Below, in pieces: positions 11,601 to 23,869 of a stretch of DNA of 64,000 nucleotides. A model generated the notes under the pieces. The model searched no databases. It worked only from the letters and a program-made list of their open reading frames with translations, and had not been told where the DNA came from. The translations under genes and the position numbers were made by a program. Origin of the DNA: Azolla caroliniana (taxonomy: Eukaryota > Plantae > Polypodiophyta); contig JBHGNT010000022.1 in NCBI GenBank assembly GCA_043228905.1, positions 4,340,001 to 4,404,000 of the forward strand. Direction: 5' to 3'. Within the stretch, counting starts at the first letter, position 1; each line of letters opens with the position of its first letter.

Positions 11601-13893
11601 TGGTCGGATCGACACTCCCGGAAAACTGCAGATTATCCGGTAAGCAAAGCCCGAAGAAAAAGGCAGAGAAGGCAGATATGATGAAGATTCCATATGCCAA
11701 CCCCGGAAAAGAGCACTGGAATGCGGTAATATGGATACACCGGTACTTGAAGGGCACTTCGAGTATGTGCCTCCGATTCGGCTCTAGTAAACCCCTCATG
11801 GAAGGCTTTACCGATTCGGATATGTCGGCTGATGTGGACACCAGCTGGTCAACTTCCGGATATGTCATGACCTATGCAGGGGGAGCCGTTTCGTGGCAGT
11901 CGAGGCTGCAGAAGATGGTTGCGTTGTCAACCACGGAGGCGGAGTACATGGCAGCCGTGGAAGCCGGCAAGGAAATATTCTGGATGAAGGACTTCATCGA
12001 AGAGCTAGGGATCCGGCAACTGGAATACCAGCTCTACTGCGATAGTCAAAGTGTCATCCACCGTGCAAAGAACACGACATACCATTCCAAAACGAAGCAC
12101 ATCCAGCGCAGGTACCACTAGATCCAGGAGCGAGTTGAAGATGGAGAGTTCGTGCTGATGAAGATCCACACGACGGAGAACGGGTCGGATATGTTGACCA
12201 AGGTGCTGACACCTGACAAACTAGATGCATGCCGGAAGCGGATCAGACTTACAAGACATCCCATACCAGAGTGAAGGGGGAGATTGTTGGGAAATCAGTC
12301 TCTTCGGATGGGATCTAGTGATGAATAAAGAGAGCTGGTGAGAACCGGAAGAGATCAGAAAACTGGAGGAGAGCCGGTGAGAACCGGAAGAGAAGACAGA
12401 TTTGTAAATATGTCTTGAATAAGCCCATTGAGGCTATATTTGTAAATAGCCCTAAGTTCATATAACTATAAATATGACTTAGGGAAATCACTTTAGTAGG
12501 GCGAGTGATTGTGTTGTTGTTACATATTGTTGTAACTGTTGTACCCGGAGTGAGAGAGAGAGAGAGAGAGAGAGAAAGAGATACAGAGCAATACTCTGTT
12601 GTAACTGCCATTGTGCAAAGAAACAGAGCTCGAGGTCGTTGCCTCCGAGTCTCTGATTGTACTCCTTCTCTTCACAGTGATAGTTCAGAGTCCGTGGGCT
12701 CTCGTGGTTTTTCCCTATTAGGGTTTTCCATGTAAACATCTTGTGTCATTTTTGTAAAAAGAACAACGTGCAGAAGCAACAAAAAACCAAACGTAGGAAA
12801 AAACACAGGTTTAATGGAGAGCTTGGACACACACAGTACGCGGGACAAAGAGAGAGAGAGAGAGAGGATCAATACATAGGATTTGCTCAGTGAGTACTTT
12901 TATACAAGTCCATATGGACTGACAGAAGTACTGACACATCCTTCAATGCTCATAACTGAGCTCTACACTAACTCCCAAAATATATTCGTACGCGGAATAT
13001 CTTTCTAACGGCCTCGCGGTTTACACATCACTACGGCTTCTCGTTGCGCACCAGTTTGCGTACTAGTTTATGCACCTGGTTTACACACCAATCTGGCCTA
13101 ACCGATTAGTCCCAACCGATCTAGTTCTCGGCTTGCAGAGCCGATCCAACCAATGTTGAGCTTGTATCGTAACACTCCCCCTCATGCTCAACCTAAGGCT
13201 CTTCTGGTTCTTCCAAATCACCGCTCGGGTTTCTTCTGGCGTCACGCCTCGCGCTCCTCGTCATGTTCGATTCTGCGCGCCTCGACCCCTCCGATCGGCT
13301 TGTCTGCTCATCCAGCCCTTCTCAGCTCCCTTGTTGTCGCAGTGTCGACGCGTCCTTCGCTGCCCTTTTCTTCACATGGCGTTCAGTTGATTCGGTGTAT
13401 CCGAATTGAACACTTTTGATTCAATTCCGCTCTCATCCGAATTGGCTGTCTCCAATTCGTCTCTTGTCTTTAGGCCTTTGACTACATTAGACCACATCTT
13501 GGTCTTGGCCTTTACACCCTTCCTTGTTGTATCTCCCCATGAGTTGGCTATCCTCGGCTCTTCCTTTTGGTTATGGCCCTGGCTCTTTTCTTCGGCTTCT
13601 TCAGCAGGCCTGAAATTGAATTCTTCATCCAATTCCGCGTCACGGTCACTTTCGCTCCTTTCCTCTAGTGGGAATATGTCCCTCTAGTGGGAGGAAGAGC
13701 CAACTATTCAGAAAGCCGACTGTCGAAGGGTCGAAAACAGTGATTCGACTGTTATTATTATGGTAATAATAATGATGTTGTTAGGAAACAGATCACTCCG
13801 GATGGGGAGAGAGTGGAGCCGAGTTGATGAGGGATTCGGGAGACTATACTTGTAAATAATCTCAATGTGCACCCCATGAGGGCTAGGTATGTA

Positions 13894-14349
13894 TGTTACC
13901 CGGACCCGGACAGTCAGTTTTACCGAACAAATGGGAAAGCGTCGAAAACGGAGTCGGTTCGGATCGACTGTTCGGATCAATGACTCAGCAGTAAACGAAG
14001 AGAACTAAGTTAGTTAGATAATTTTGTAATCTTGATAGTAAGTAGGAATAGTTCTTGATGAGAAAAGACCTTCGGTATACCTATAAAAGGGAACCGAAGG
14101 CATTGTAAGAAAGGTCGTTTTATTTAGTAATATAAGTTTAAGTTAGGAATATCCTGTACGGATTCTGTGTTCTTTCTATTGTCTATGTTGTTAAGTGCAA
14201 GCTTCCTAATTTATAACTAAGTAACGATCACGGTAATTACCGATTAATATAGTATAATTCCGTTCGTAAAACACAATTCCTTGTTAGAACGTTGAGTAGC
14301 GACGTTCACTCTTCTGTATCGGTAGTAGTTAGTAATTAGCCGATTAACA
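13894..14349 (+). repeat. G1 5' LTR
   Basis: TGTTA...TAACA ends, TATA-like CCTATAAAAG near 14081, direct repeat of 22994-23450. Confidence 0.95.
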
Positions 14350-14360
14350 CAGAAGAATTT

Positions 14361-14373
14361 TGGCACGCCCGGT
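14361..14373 (+). promoter_or_regulatory. G1 PBS, tRNA-Arg-like
   Basis: TGGCACGCCCGGT, 11 nt after the LTR; complementary to the recalled plant tRNA-Arg(UCU) 3' end. Confidence 0.75.
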
Positions 14374-14408
14374 TACATCTGCAATTAAGCAGAGAACAAA
14401 TCAAATGG

Positions 14409-17400
14409 ATGTCGTATAAAGAGGAGACACCGGTCAGTTGTAAGCGCCCTCGTACAAGGTCAGTTACGAAGGCAGTGCAGGAAGCGTTCATTGCGCAAGA
14501 ACAGCCGGAATCAAGCACAAAGTGGTCGAAACTTCCTGACTTATCCGATCAATTACCTTCAGACAAAAAATAGACAGAAGAGGTATCGTTTTACGATATT
14601 TGGGACGATATGCCTTATACTTATTCTAAATTCCGGGAAGGAACAGATGCGGAAGCACATGTTAGGGATTTCTTAACGACATGGGAGATTAACCATGGAG
14701 CTCAGCGATTGTCGGCAGATGCCGAAGATAAGTCAAAAATCGCTGAGTTCGTCTTATCATTAGACGGATATTCTGCCAATTGGTTTGCGTAGAACGGTCT
14801 TCAAGGATTTCCATCCTTTGAAGTGTTAACTAGTAAATTTTTACAATTATTTCATCAACAAATTCCGCAGAAGGATTTGATTGCGCAATTTTATGCGTTA
14901 TATCAAGAAAAAAATGAAACAGTATCTCAGTTTGTGATACGATTTCAGAACTTACAGCTTCAGATTTCAAGGCCGATTCCGGATAATGAATTAAAAGAAG
15001 TCTTTCTGGAAGCTGTAAAAGAACCATTAAGGACAACATTGAAAGTGTTCGATTTTCGAAATCAGACTATCGAACAAGTAATTGATAAAGCAATAGAAAT
15101 GGGTCGACCACCGGTCAATGTTCAGAGTATGGACATGTCGGCATTACACCGTACATTACCGACAATAGAGGAGTTACAATTTCGACAAGCAGTTCAATGC
15201 ACCACTTGTTTAAATACGGGGCATTCGGCAATTGAATGTACGTTAAGAACACATTGTACAATATGTCATTCAAAATTACATTCAGTAGAACAATGTGAAT
15301 ATAATCTGCTTAATAAGACTACGGCGTCAGTACGACAAATTTTTACTGACAATGGTTACCAAAATAACACTAATCTGTTCAATGGTTATCAAAATAATAA
15401 TTTTTCACAAAATCAGCAAAATGTACAACAAAATCCGGTTCTACAGCCAAATCAGATCTTTTCACAACAAAATATGCAACCCACTCAAGTGACTCAAGCA
15501 TTTCAACCAGGTTTTGCTCAATCCAACCCACCATTCGTACAGAATCCGAATCAATATTTTCAACAAAATAATCAAAGTTTCCAACAAGGTAACCCACCAT
15601 TTCAAGGGTTTCAACAGAACTGTCCGAATGTGCAACCGAATTCTACATTTCAACCAAATCCGGCATTTCAACCGGGTAATATGACCTTTCAACATAATAC
15701 TCAAACCGTTCCACAAAATAATCAAATGTTTCAACAGAATAATTTTCCGCCAAATCAGGAGTTCGGGATAACATCAAATGATAATACTGAACAATTTAGG
15801 CAGAATCGGTATAAAAACAAGAGATTTTACAAACCAAAAGCTACACGTCAATACCAACAAAACCCGAGTGGTAATGAAGAGCAGCAATTTAATAACGGCC
15901 AATTTGCACATGGAGAGACCAGTGCAACATTTGTACCCACTTGTTATATTTGTCGACAACTAGGCCATTATGCTAATCAATGTCCGGTTAAAGGAAAGGG
16001 TCCAGCAGTTAATATGGTAATACCGGAAGTTCAGCAAGTAACGACACGCAGCAAAAGGAAACAATCAGAGTGGGAAATTCAGGAAGAAGTTCGGAAGGCG
16101 GCAAAAGAATGGGTTGACGAAGCAAATCAAAGTAATGTGAATCGAATGTTACAAGACAATAACATTGACCAGAACATCGATGTACAACAGTCATTGGGGA
16201 ATAAGGAACAGGAAGAAACTTGGAAACTGTTGGCTGATTGCCAAGTGTCATTGCCACTTACGGGCTTACTCAAGTTAGTACCAAGGTTTACAGAAAAAGT
16301 GGCAGCATTAATTGCATATAAAGGTTCCGAACAAATAGCAGTACACTACAATCAGCCAAGTAATAACCCTTCGATCATGGATGAACAGAATCCGTCGATT
16401 AAGGTAATACTTTCCGGGCAAGAAATCGGAAATGTGATTATAGATGGAGGCTCGGGAGTTAATGTGATTAACAAAGCTACATGTGAAAAACTGGGAATCA
16501 CGGAATGGGAAGCATGTCCATTTTGGTTACGAATGGCAGATACAAGTACGGTACGCCCGATTGGTTTGCTTCGACAACTGGATGTAATAATCGGGGGACA
16601 CAGTTTTCAGATTTCGGCAGTAATTTTGCAGTTAGAAACACAGGGAGCATACCCCTTGTTATTGGGGAGACCATGGTTAAAGACATCTAATATTAAACAA
16701 AATTGGAAACAAAATGTGCTAACATTTAGGAAAGGAAAAACTAAGGTCAGGATTCCGACGCACAACAAAGTGACAACAAGCAAACAGAGTTTACCTGTAC
16801 ATGCAGAAGCAGTTAATATGATGGAAGGATTGGACGAGGAAGAAGAAAGTCAGTATTTCAATGATAATCAGAAAATCATCCCTCTATTTGAGGTAGATAT
16901 TTTGCAAGCATTAACACCATATGTAGACTCACACGAAGAAGTGCCAATAGATGAGCAAACAATGAAAGAAATACGAATGCAACAAGAAGCTACAGATAAG
17001 GAAATGAAGGTATCTCCGAGAGTGCAAGCCTCAGCATTGGAGGAGATCGATTTGGCAGGAGTAGAGGATGCTGAAAGAAAAACAGTCTTGATTGCTAGAG
17101 ATTTGGCGGAAAATGACAAACGGACATTAACAACATTACTATTACAATATAAAGATGTTTTTGCATGGTCGTTTGACGATATGAAAGGTCTGGATCCTGC
17201 TTTTTGTCAACATCAAATCAATTTGCATAAAGATGCAAAGCCAGTACAACAACGCAGGTACAGGTTGAATCCGAATTATGCTATCAAAGTAAAAGAAGAA
17301 ATCGATAAACTCTTAAAAGTAGGATTTATTCGACCCGTCAAAAAATCAACATGGCTGAGTCCGATAGTAGTAGTCCCGAAAAAGAATGGGAAAATTCGCG

Positions 17401-20081
17401 TATGTGTGGATTACAGAAAATTGAATGCAGCGACAATTACGGATGCGTTTCCGTTGCCATTCACAGATGGGATATTAGATGCAGTAGCGGGACATGAAAT
17501 TTATAGTTTCTTGGATGGGTTCAGTGGGTACAACCAAGTACGGATGAATTCGGAAGATCAGGAAAAGACAACTTTCGTCACAGAATGGGGTGTCTTTGTG
17601 GCAGTAGTAATGATGTTCGGTTTAAAAACAGCTCCAGCTACATTTCAACGGGTAATACAGGAAATATTCGGGGAATATATTCCAGCTTTCATGCAGGTGT
17701 TTTTAGATGATTTTGCGGTATATAGTCGGAAAGCTGATCATTTTGAGCATTTACGACTATGTTTAGAGAAATGTCGAAAAGGGCGTCTTAGCTTAAATCC
17801 AGCCAAATGCGCATTCGGAGTAATGAGTGGTACGTTACTTGGGCATATTGTCAGTCAAGAAGGGATTGCAGTGGACCCAGACAAAGTTAAAGCAATTATT
17901 GAGGCAACACCACCAACAAATGCTAAAGCTCTAAGTAGATTTTTGGGTCAAATTTGGTGGCACAGTAGAATGATGAAATATCTAGCAGACATTGCTATTC
18001 CGTTACACACAGCAGTACACAAAGTTCCTTTTATATGGACAAGTATAGAACAAGATGCATACGAATGTCTCAAGAAGATGTTGACAAAGGTTCCGGTAGT
18101 TCAACCACCGGACTGGAACAAACCATTTCATGTTTTCCTCGATGCGTCGGACATTGCCATAGGCAGTGCTTTAATGCAATTATCCGAACCAAACTGGTAT
18201 AGGCCGGTATACTATGCCAGTAGGAAACTTTCGTCGGCCGAAAGAAACTATTCAACTACCGAGAGAGAAGCTTTGGGAATGATATATAGTGTGAACAAAT
18301 TTCGACATTACCTTTTGGGTAAGAAATTTACATTTCATGTGGATCATTCGGCTCTACTGTATCTAGTTTCCAAACAAGAATTGACAGGCAAGTTAGCCAG
18401 ATGGACGTTATTGCTTCAAGAGTTTGAATTCGACATTATACATCGACCAGGAGCACAGCACGCGATTGCTGACTATCTCAGTCGGCTTGAGTCTGGAGAA
18501 GAAGCGGTTGGGGTTAAAGATGATTTTCCAGATACTCAATTATTTCGGGTTGAGGCAGTAAAAGCACAAGAAGTGAATGAGGAAAAAGAGGATGAATGGA
18601 TTTCCGAAATGACGATATTTCTATCAACAGGAATTCCGGCTGAACACATGTCGACAGATGAAAGAAAAAGAATTGCAGTACGAAGTCGAAATTTTTGTTT
18701 GTTTAATGACATGTTGTATCATAAAGGAGCGGATGGAATATGGCGAAGGGCAGTACGGAAATTTGAAAAATCAGCCATATTAACAGAGTCACATTGTGGA
18801 ATTGCTGGCGGTCATTACGCAGGAGAAGCAACAGCCAGAAAAATATGGAATAGCGGGTTATGGTGGCCAACGGTGATGAAAGATGCTAACGAATACTGTA
18901 AGAAATGCGATTTGTGTCAAAGAATGGGGCAACCGACCGAAAAGGATCGAATGCCTTTTCAACCGGTTTTACCTCTTGAGCCATTTTAGAAATGGGGCTT
19001 AGATTTTGTTGGCCCATTCAAACCAGCAGCTGCAAGAACCGGTAATCGATATATCATAATTGCGACTGACTATTGCACAAAATGGGTTGAAGCAAAAGCT
19101 CTCAGGGACAATACAGCAGCATCCACAGCAAAATTCCTGTATGAAAATATATGGTGTCGATTCGGTTGCCCAATAGAATTGGTAAGCGATGAAGGCACTC
19201 ATTTTATTAACAAGTTAATTAACGAATTAACCAATTACTATGCCGTAGTTCATAAGAAAAGTACGCCTTACTATCCCCAAGCTAATGGATTGGCATAATC
19301 GACAAATAAAACAATTCAAACAATTTTAAAGAAGATAGTGAATGAAAATCGTACTGATTGGGATCAAAAGTTAAATAGTGCATTATGGGCATATCGGACT
19401 TCGTACAAAACATCCATTAAATCAACACCTTTCCGAATGGCATTCGGACTTGAAGCCGTTATGCCGATCGAATTTCAAATTCCGACACTTCGTATCCAAG
19501 CGACGAATAAGTTAAATGAAATAGAGTCGGAGCAGATACGCAAAGAGGCTTTATTAGTATTAGAAGAAGAACGGATTCAATCAATGTCAGCACTAGAACA
19601 CAAGCAGAGACAAATCAAGGCATTCGTAAATCGACATCGAAGGAAATCGGAGGAGCAATTCGAAATTGGGAAACCGGTATTGGTATTCCAGACGAGAATG
19701 AGACTTATGCCTGGGAAACTCCGGTATAGATGGACAGGTCCAGTATGGATAATTAATAGCAAAAATGGTACGTATCAGCTGGGATCATTAACTGGAGAGG
19801 TTTTACTGAAATGGGTAAATGGATTCCGGCTTAAACCGTATTTGGGAGATATGCCGGTAAATCCGTTTATTCAAACGGTATTCCAGACGAGAATGAGACT
19901 TATGCCTGGGAAACTCCGGTATAGATGGACAGGTCCAGTATGGATAATTAATAGTAAAAATGGTACGTATCAGCTGGGATCATTAACCGGAGAGGTTTTA
20001 CCTAAATGGGTAAATGGATTCCGGCTTAAACCGTATTTGGGAGATATGCCGGTAAATCCGTTTATTCAAACGGAAGAGTAA
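14409..20081 (+). pseudogene. G1 gag-pol, single frame with four premature stops
   Basis: ORFs 14610, 14823 and 19338 share one frame; three CX2CX4HX4C knuckles, protease IIDGGSGVN, RT FLDD, RNase H DAS..EREAL, integrase HHCC and WGLDF. Confidence 0.92.
19682..20072 (+). repeat. 195-bp in-frame tandem duplication of the G1 integrase C-terminus
   Basis: VFQTRMRLMPGKLRYRWTGP...NPFIQT occurs twice; copies start at 19682 and 19877. Confidence 0.95.
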
Positions 20082-20301
20082 AAATAAAAATAAAAATAAA
20101 TAAAATAAATAAAAAATAAAACTAGCTAACTCACTCAATAGTTCTTGTCAAATGCAGAAATACAATCTTGCCATAACAGTCTGAATCGACTATAAATAGA
20201 AAGAGGAATTGCATGATTATTAGTAAGTAGTACAACCACTACACGTAGAGTTAATACTAATTAATTCCTACATTAATAGCAATTACTATTCTTTAGTCAT
20301 A

Positions 20302-22949
20302 ATGCATAAGTTAATATCTTTAAAGCATATTTCTGTATCGTCTGTGTCGCCAAAACAACAGAAACGAGTGCAGATATCGAAACAGTCTGAGCCTCCTTCG
20401 TGCCCTAGTTCGCCCAAACTCTGTTTTTTTGATTTTCATCGCTACAGAAGCTGTGCAGCTCTCCAACCGTCATCGACAAGTGATTCAGAACAAGCAAACA
20501 CAGAAGTCATGCCGATTCCTATGTCTGAAGAACTGCGACTATGGCTTCATGAGAGAAACTTACAAGGTTTCATCAAAGTAGCAGAAGCGGAACCTCATCC
20601 GCAGGCGGAAGAATTGGTACAACAGTTAGACATCACCAAGGTCACCACAAAGAAAATACGAAATGCATTACAGATGCCAAGAGGAGGCTTTGAGGCAGTT
20701 AAAAAACCTTCATCAGAAGCATTCCAATCGTATTTCGGGGAATACTCACCCTCGGCAAAAGCATATCAGACTTATGGAGGTCGGGATGAGTTTTTCCATG
20801 AAGTGGCTAGATTTTTACTAGAGGTGGGATTTGTCAGTCCCCGTTTTTATTGTATGCCGAAAAAGAGGGCTGGGTTTATCATAGCCGCATACGAAAAGGA
20901 GGATTTCAACTGGCCACTATTGTCGGGGGAAGCTCTGAGAGAGCAGCTAGAAGGGGTGAAAACAGGAAAACCAATGAAGCAAATTTTTGGTCGTTGGCTA
21001 TCGGTATTGTTTCCGATTCAAGAATCGGAAATTCCTGTTCAGTCAAGAAGACCACCGATAGTACAAGCACCGCGAAGACACCGACAGGTAGTACATGAAG
21101 AATGGATAGAGGAAGAATCGGCACATGCCGATAATATACAAATGGATACGCCTCAGTCGGAACCAGCAAGACCAGAGAATTCCGAAAACAGGCAACCAGC
21201 AGCCGAACAAGAAACAGTTGACCATTTGATAAACAAGCAGCAGCCGACAGAAAATCGACAACAACCAGAGAAGATGCGACAAAGGACAAGGGTTAAACAA
21301 AAGGCTAATAGGCAATTCCAACCAGAAAACAGTGATGGGTCAGCACTGAAAAGGCAACGCACAAAGGAAAATTCGAATACGCCTGTAGTAGCAGAAGTAA
21401 TAAAACCAGGGAATGAGAGCGTTTCGACACAACCTCAACAAGGCCAATCTTCAAAAGTAGCAATTCGGGAAGCACATGGGTACTTGGATATTCCACCAGC
21501 AGCACATGAATTAGCTGCCATTTTACAGTTCGGAACTTCATACGAACTGGTTGAATGGTTGGCTAAAAGATTGACAGAAGTATCAGAACGGCTGGCTCAA
21601 GAACATAATGACCGAATAATGATACAGAAAGCCTTACGAGGAGTGTTGGAACCTCAAGAAAAAGCAGAGATAGAGAAAATCGGCCGGAAAAGAAGTGCAC
21701 AGAATAGAGGGGAGGCTATTGAAATGCCACCATTACATGAAGCACTGGTCGAAATTCATAAAGAATATGAAACGGCATGCAAAGCAGCCAGTGATATGGC
21801 TGAAAGATAGAAAAGTGTATCAACATCGGCGGAGGTGCTGAAACATCAGTTTTGTAACATACAGGCAGAAAATAAAGAACTAAAAGAAAGTCTAAACAAA
21901 TGGGAAACGCAGGCACGGCTTATGGCGTCGGAGTCAGAATGGCAGCAAAAATTGGAGGATGCTGAGAAAGCGCGACAAGCAGAAACAACAAGGGCCAACA
22001 ATGCTGTATTTCGAACTACAGAATTAGAAAAACAAATAGAAACCATTAGAATGGCCAATACAAAGTTCTCGAAGAAAAAAATCAATTAATAAACGAATTA
22101 CAGAAAAATCTGGAAGAAGCTAAGACGGCCAATCATACATATACCGAACAAATTGAAGAATTCGAAAGGTATATAGTGTCACAGGAAAGTCAATTGACAG
22201 AAAAAGAGCGGAGTCTTGCAAAAGTCAACAGAAGAATTACGGAACAGGAGGAGGAATGGAGCAAAGAGAAATCGGCATTCGAACAACAACTGGACGAAAT
22301 TCGGAAGATATCGGAACAAAGACGGCTGGACATATATGTAGTCGAATCCAAACTAATGCGAGCTGAAAGTGAAAACCGAGCCACTATTACGGATTTACGG
22401 AAAGAGTTGCAAACCGCCCAATACGTCGCAAGCATCATTAGGGACAAAGTGCAGCACATCATAGGGAAACATCGAAACCTAGCAAAGAAAATGATCGATG
22501 AATCCCTTGCACAAGGATGGAAGTTATGGACGGCACAAGCGGCGGAATTACAGTTATTGCGTGCCGACAAAAATAACCGTCAGGTCCAAGGTGCAGGTTT
22601 TTTTAAAATGGCACAAAAGGATATTGACAATATCCAAGAGGATATCATGAAAGATATGGACGAAATTGTGGCATTTTACAGAGAAGAAATTCAACGTATT
22701 ATGCAAGAATTCGACAAACATGATATAGGCACTTCCGTTCAGTTGGATAAAATTGAAGCTGAAAGAACCAGTAAGACTCCTGGAAGAAGTGAACCAGAGC
22801 AGCCAACCGAATCACAACATTCAAAACCTGCTCCGAATGACGACTGTGACACAGAAGAAGAGGAAGACATAGAGGGAATACATCCTAGGCCAGAAGAGCC
22901 TTCGATTTTTGATATTCTGAACGATTCGGATGAAGAGCTACAGGAATAG
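20302..22949 (+). pseudogene. G1 extra ORF2 (env-position): globular N-terminus, disordered middle, long coiled coil
   Basis: ORFs 20302..21810 and 21835..22089 share a frame, then frameshift at the A-run near 22080 into 22176..22949; lies inside the LTRs; motif AAELQLLRAD shared with G3; true start may be near 20509. Confidence 0.8.
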
Positions 22950-22951
22950 GC

Positions 22952-22991
22952 GTGGGTTCGCTGGACAAGGTCCTGGCCCACGGACGTGCCA
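22952..22991 (+). other. tRNA-3'-half-like motif at the PPT position of G1
   Basis: GTGGGTTCG-ctggacaaggtcctg-GCCCACGGACGTGCCA ends in CCA 2 nt before the LTR TG. Confidence 0.75.
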
Positions 22992-22993
22992 AG

Positions 22994-23450
22994 TGTTACC
23001 CGGACCCGGACAGTCAGTTTTACTGAACAAGTGGGAAAGCGTCGAAAACGGAGTTGGTTCGGATCGACTGTTCGGATCAATGACTCAGCAGTAAACGAAG
23101 AGAACTAAGTTAGTTAGATAATTTTGTAATTCTTGATAGTAAGTAGGAATAGTTCTTGATGAGAAAAGACCTTCGGTATACCTATAAAAGGGAACCGAAG
23201 GCATTGTAAGAAAGGTCGTTTTATTTAGTAATATAAGTTTAAGTTAGGAATATCCTGTACGGATTCTGTGTTCTTTCTATTGTCTATGTTGTTAAGTGCA
23301 AGCTTCCTAATTTATAACTAAGTAACGATCATGGTAATTACCAATTAATATAGTATAATTCCGTTCGTAAAACACAATTCCTTGTTAGAACGTTGAGTAG
23401 CGACGTTCACTCTTCTGTATCGGTAGTAGTTAGTAATTAGCCGATTAACA
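22994..23450 (+). repeat. G1 3' LTR
   Basis: Direct repeat of 13894-14349, followed by TSD ATGTA. Confidence 0.95.
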
Positions 23451-23869
23451 ATGTAAATAGCCAGAAAGTTGTGTAAGTATATATGCAACTAGGGAAAAAC
23501 TTTAAGATGTAGAATAGATAGTGAATAGAAGTTCGAGAAGTATTGTGCATGTGTGCAGAGTGAGAGAGAGGTGTGTGAGCCGTGCCCTAGCTGTGTGAGT
23601 AACAACAGACGCAGAGAACCCTTTGTGGCTGATCCACTCGTAGGAGTGTTGTAATCCTCTCTGTTGTTGTATATCCATTGTCTATAGTGAAGATTTGTTC
23701 CCGTGGTTTTTCCCGTTTTAGGGTTTCCACGTAAATCTCTATGCATAGTTGTTTGAACTTGTCTTTCTGGCATCCTTGTGTGACTTGTATTTCAACATGT
23801 AGTTCATATATTCTGATTTGATCGAACGATTTCTTTCAACACTTCCGTGGTCTTCTGGAACTTCTCTCC

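Larger units (their letters stand above)
13894..23450 (+). mobile_element. Full-length non-chromovirus Ty3/gypsy element G1 (Athila/Phygy/Selgy-like) with an extra 3' ORF
   Basis: TSD ATGTA; LTRs 13894-14349 and 22994-23450 differ by about 5 substitutions and 1 indel; gag-PR-RT-RH-INT order. Confidence 0.95.
13664..23841 (+). mobile_element. Solo LTR of family C (13664-13893 plus 23451-23841), split by G1
   Basis: Similar to the 8069 LTR, ends CAACA, TSD TTTCC/CTTCC; 5' terminus altered. Confidence 0.7.

Noticed and set aside
20302-22949. Retroviral-type envelope glycoprotein
   Set aside because: No evident signal peptide, transmembrane helix or fusion peptide; the protein is mostly hydrophilic coiled coil.
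22930-22993. Genuine tRNA gene or SINE
   Set aside because: Only the T-arm and acceptor 3' strand are present, with no D-arm, anticodon arm or A box; sequence further upstream is ORF2 coding.
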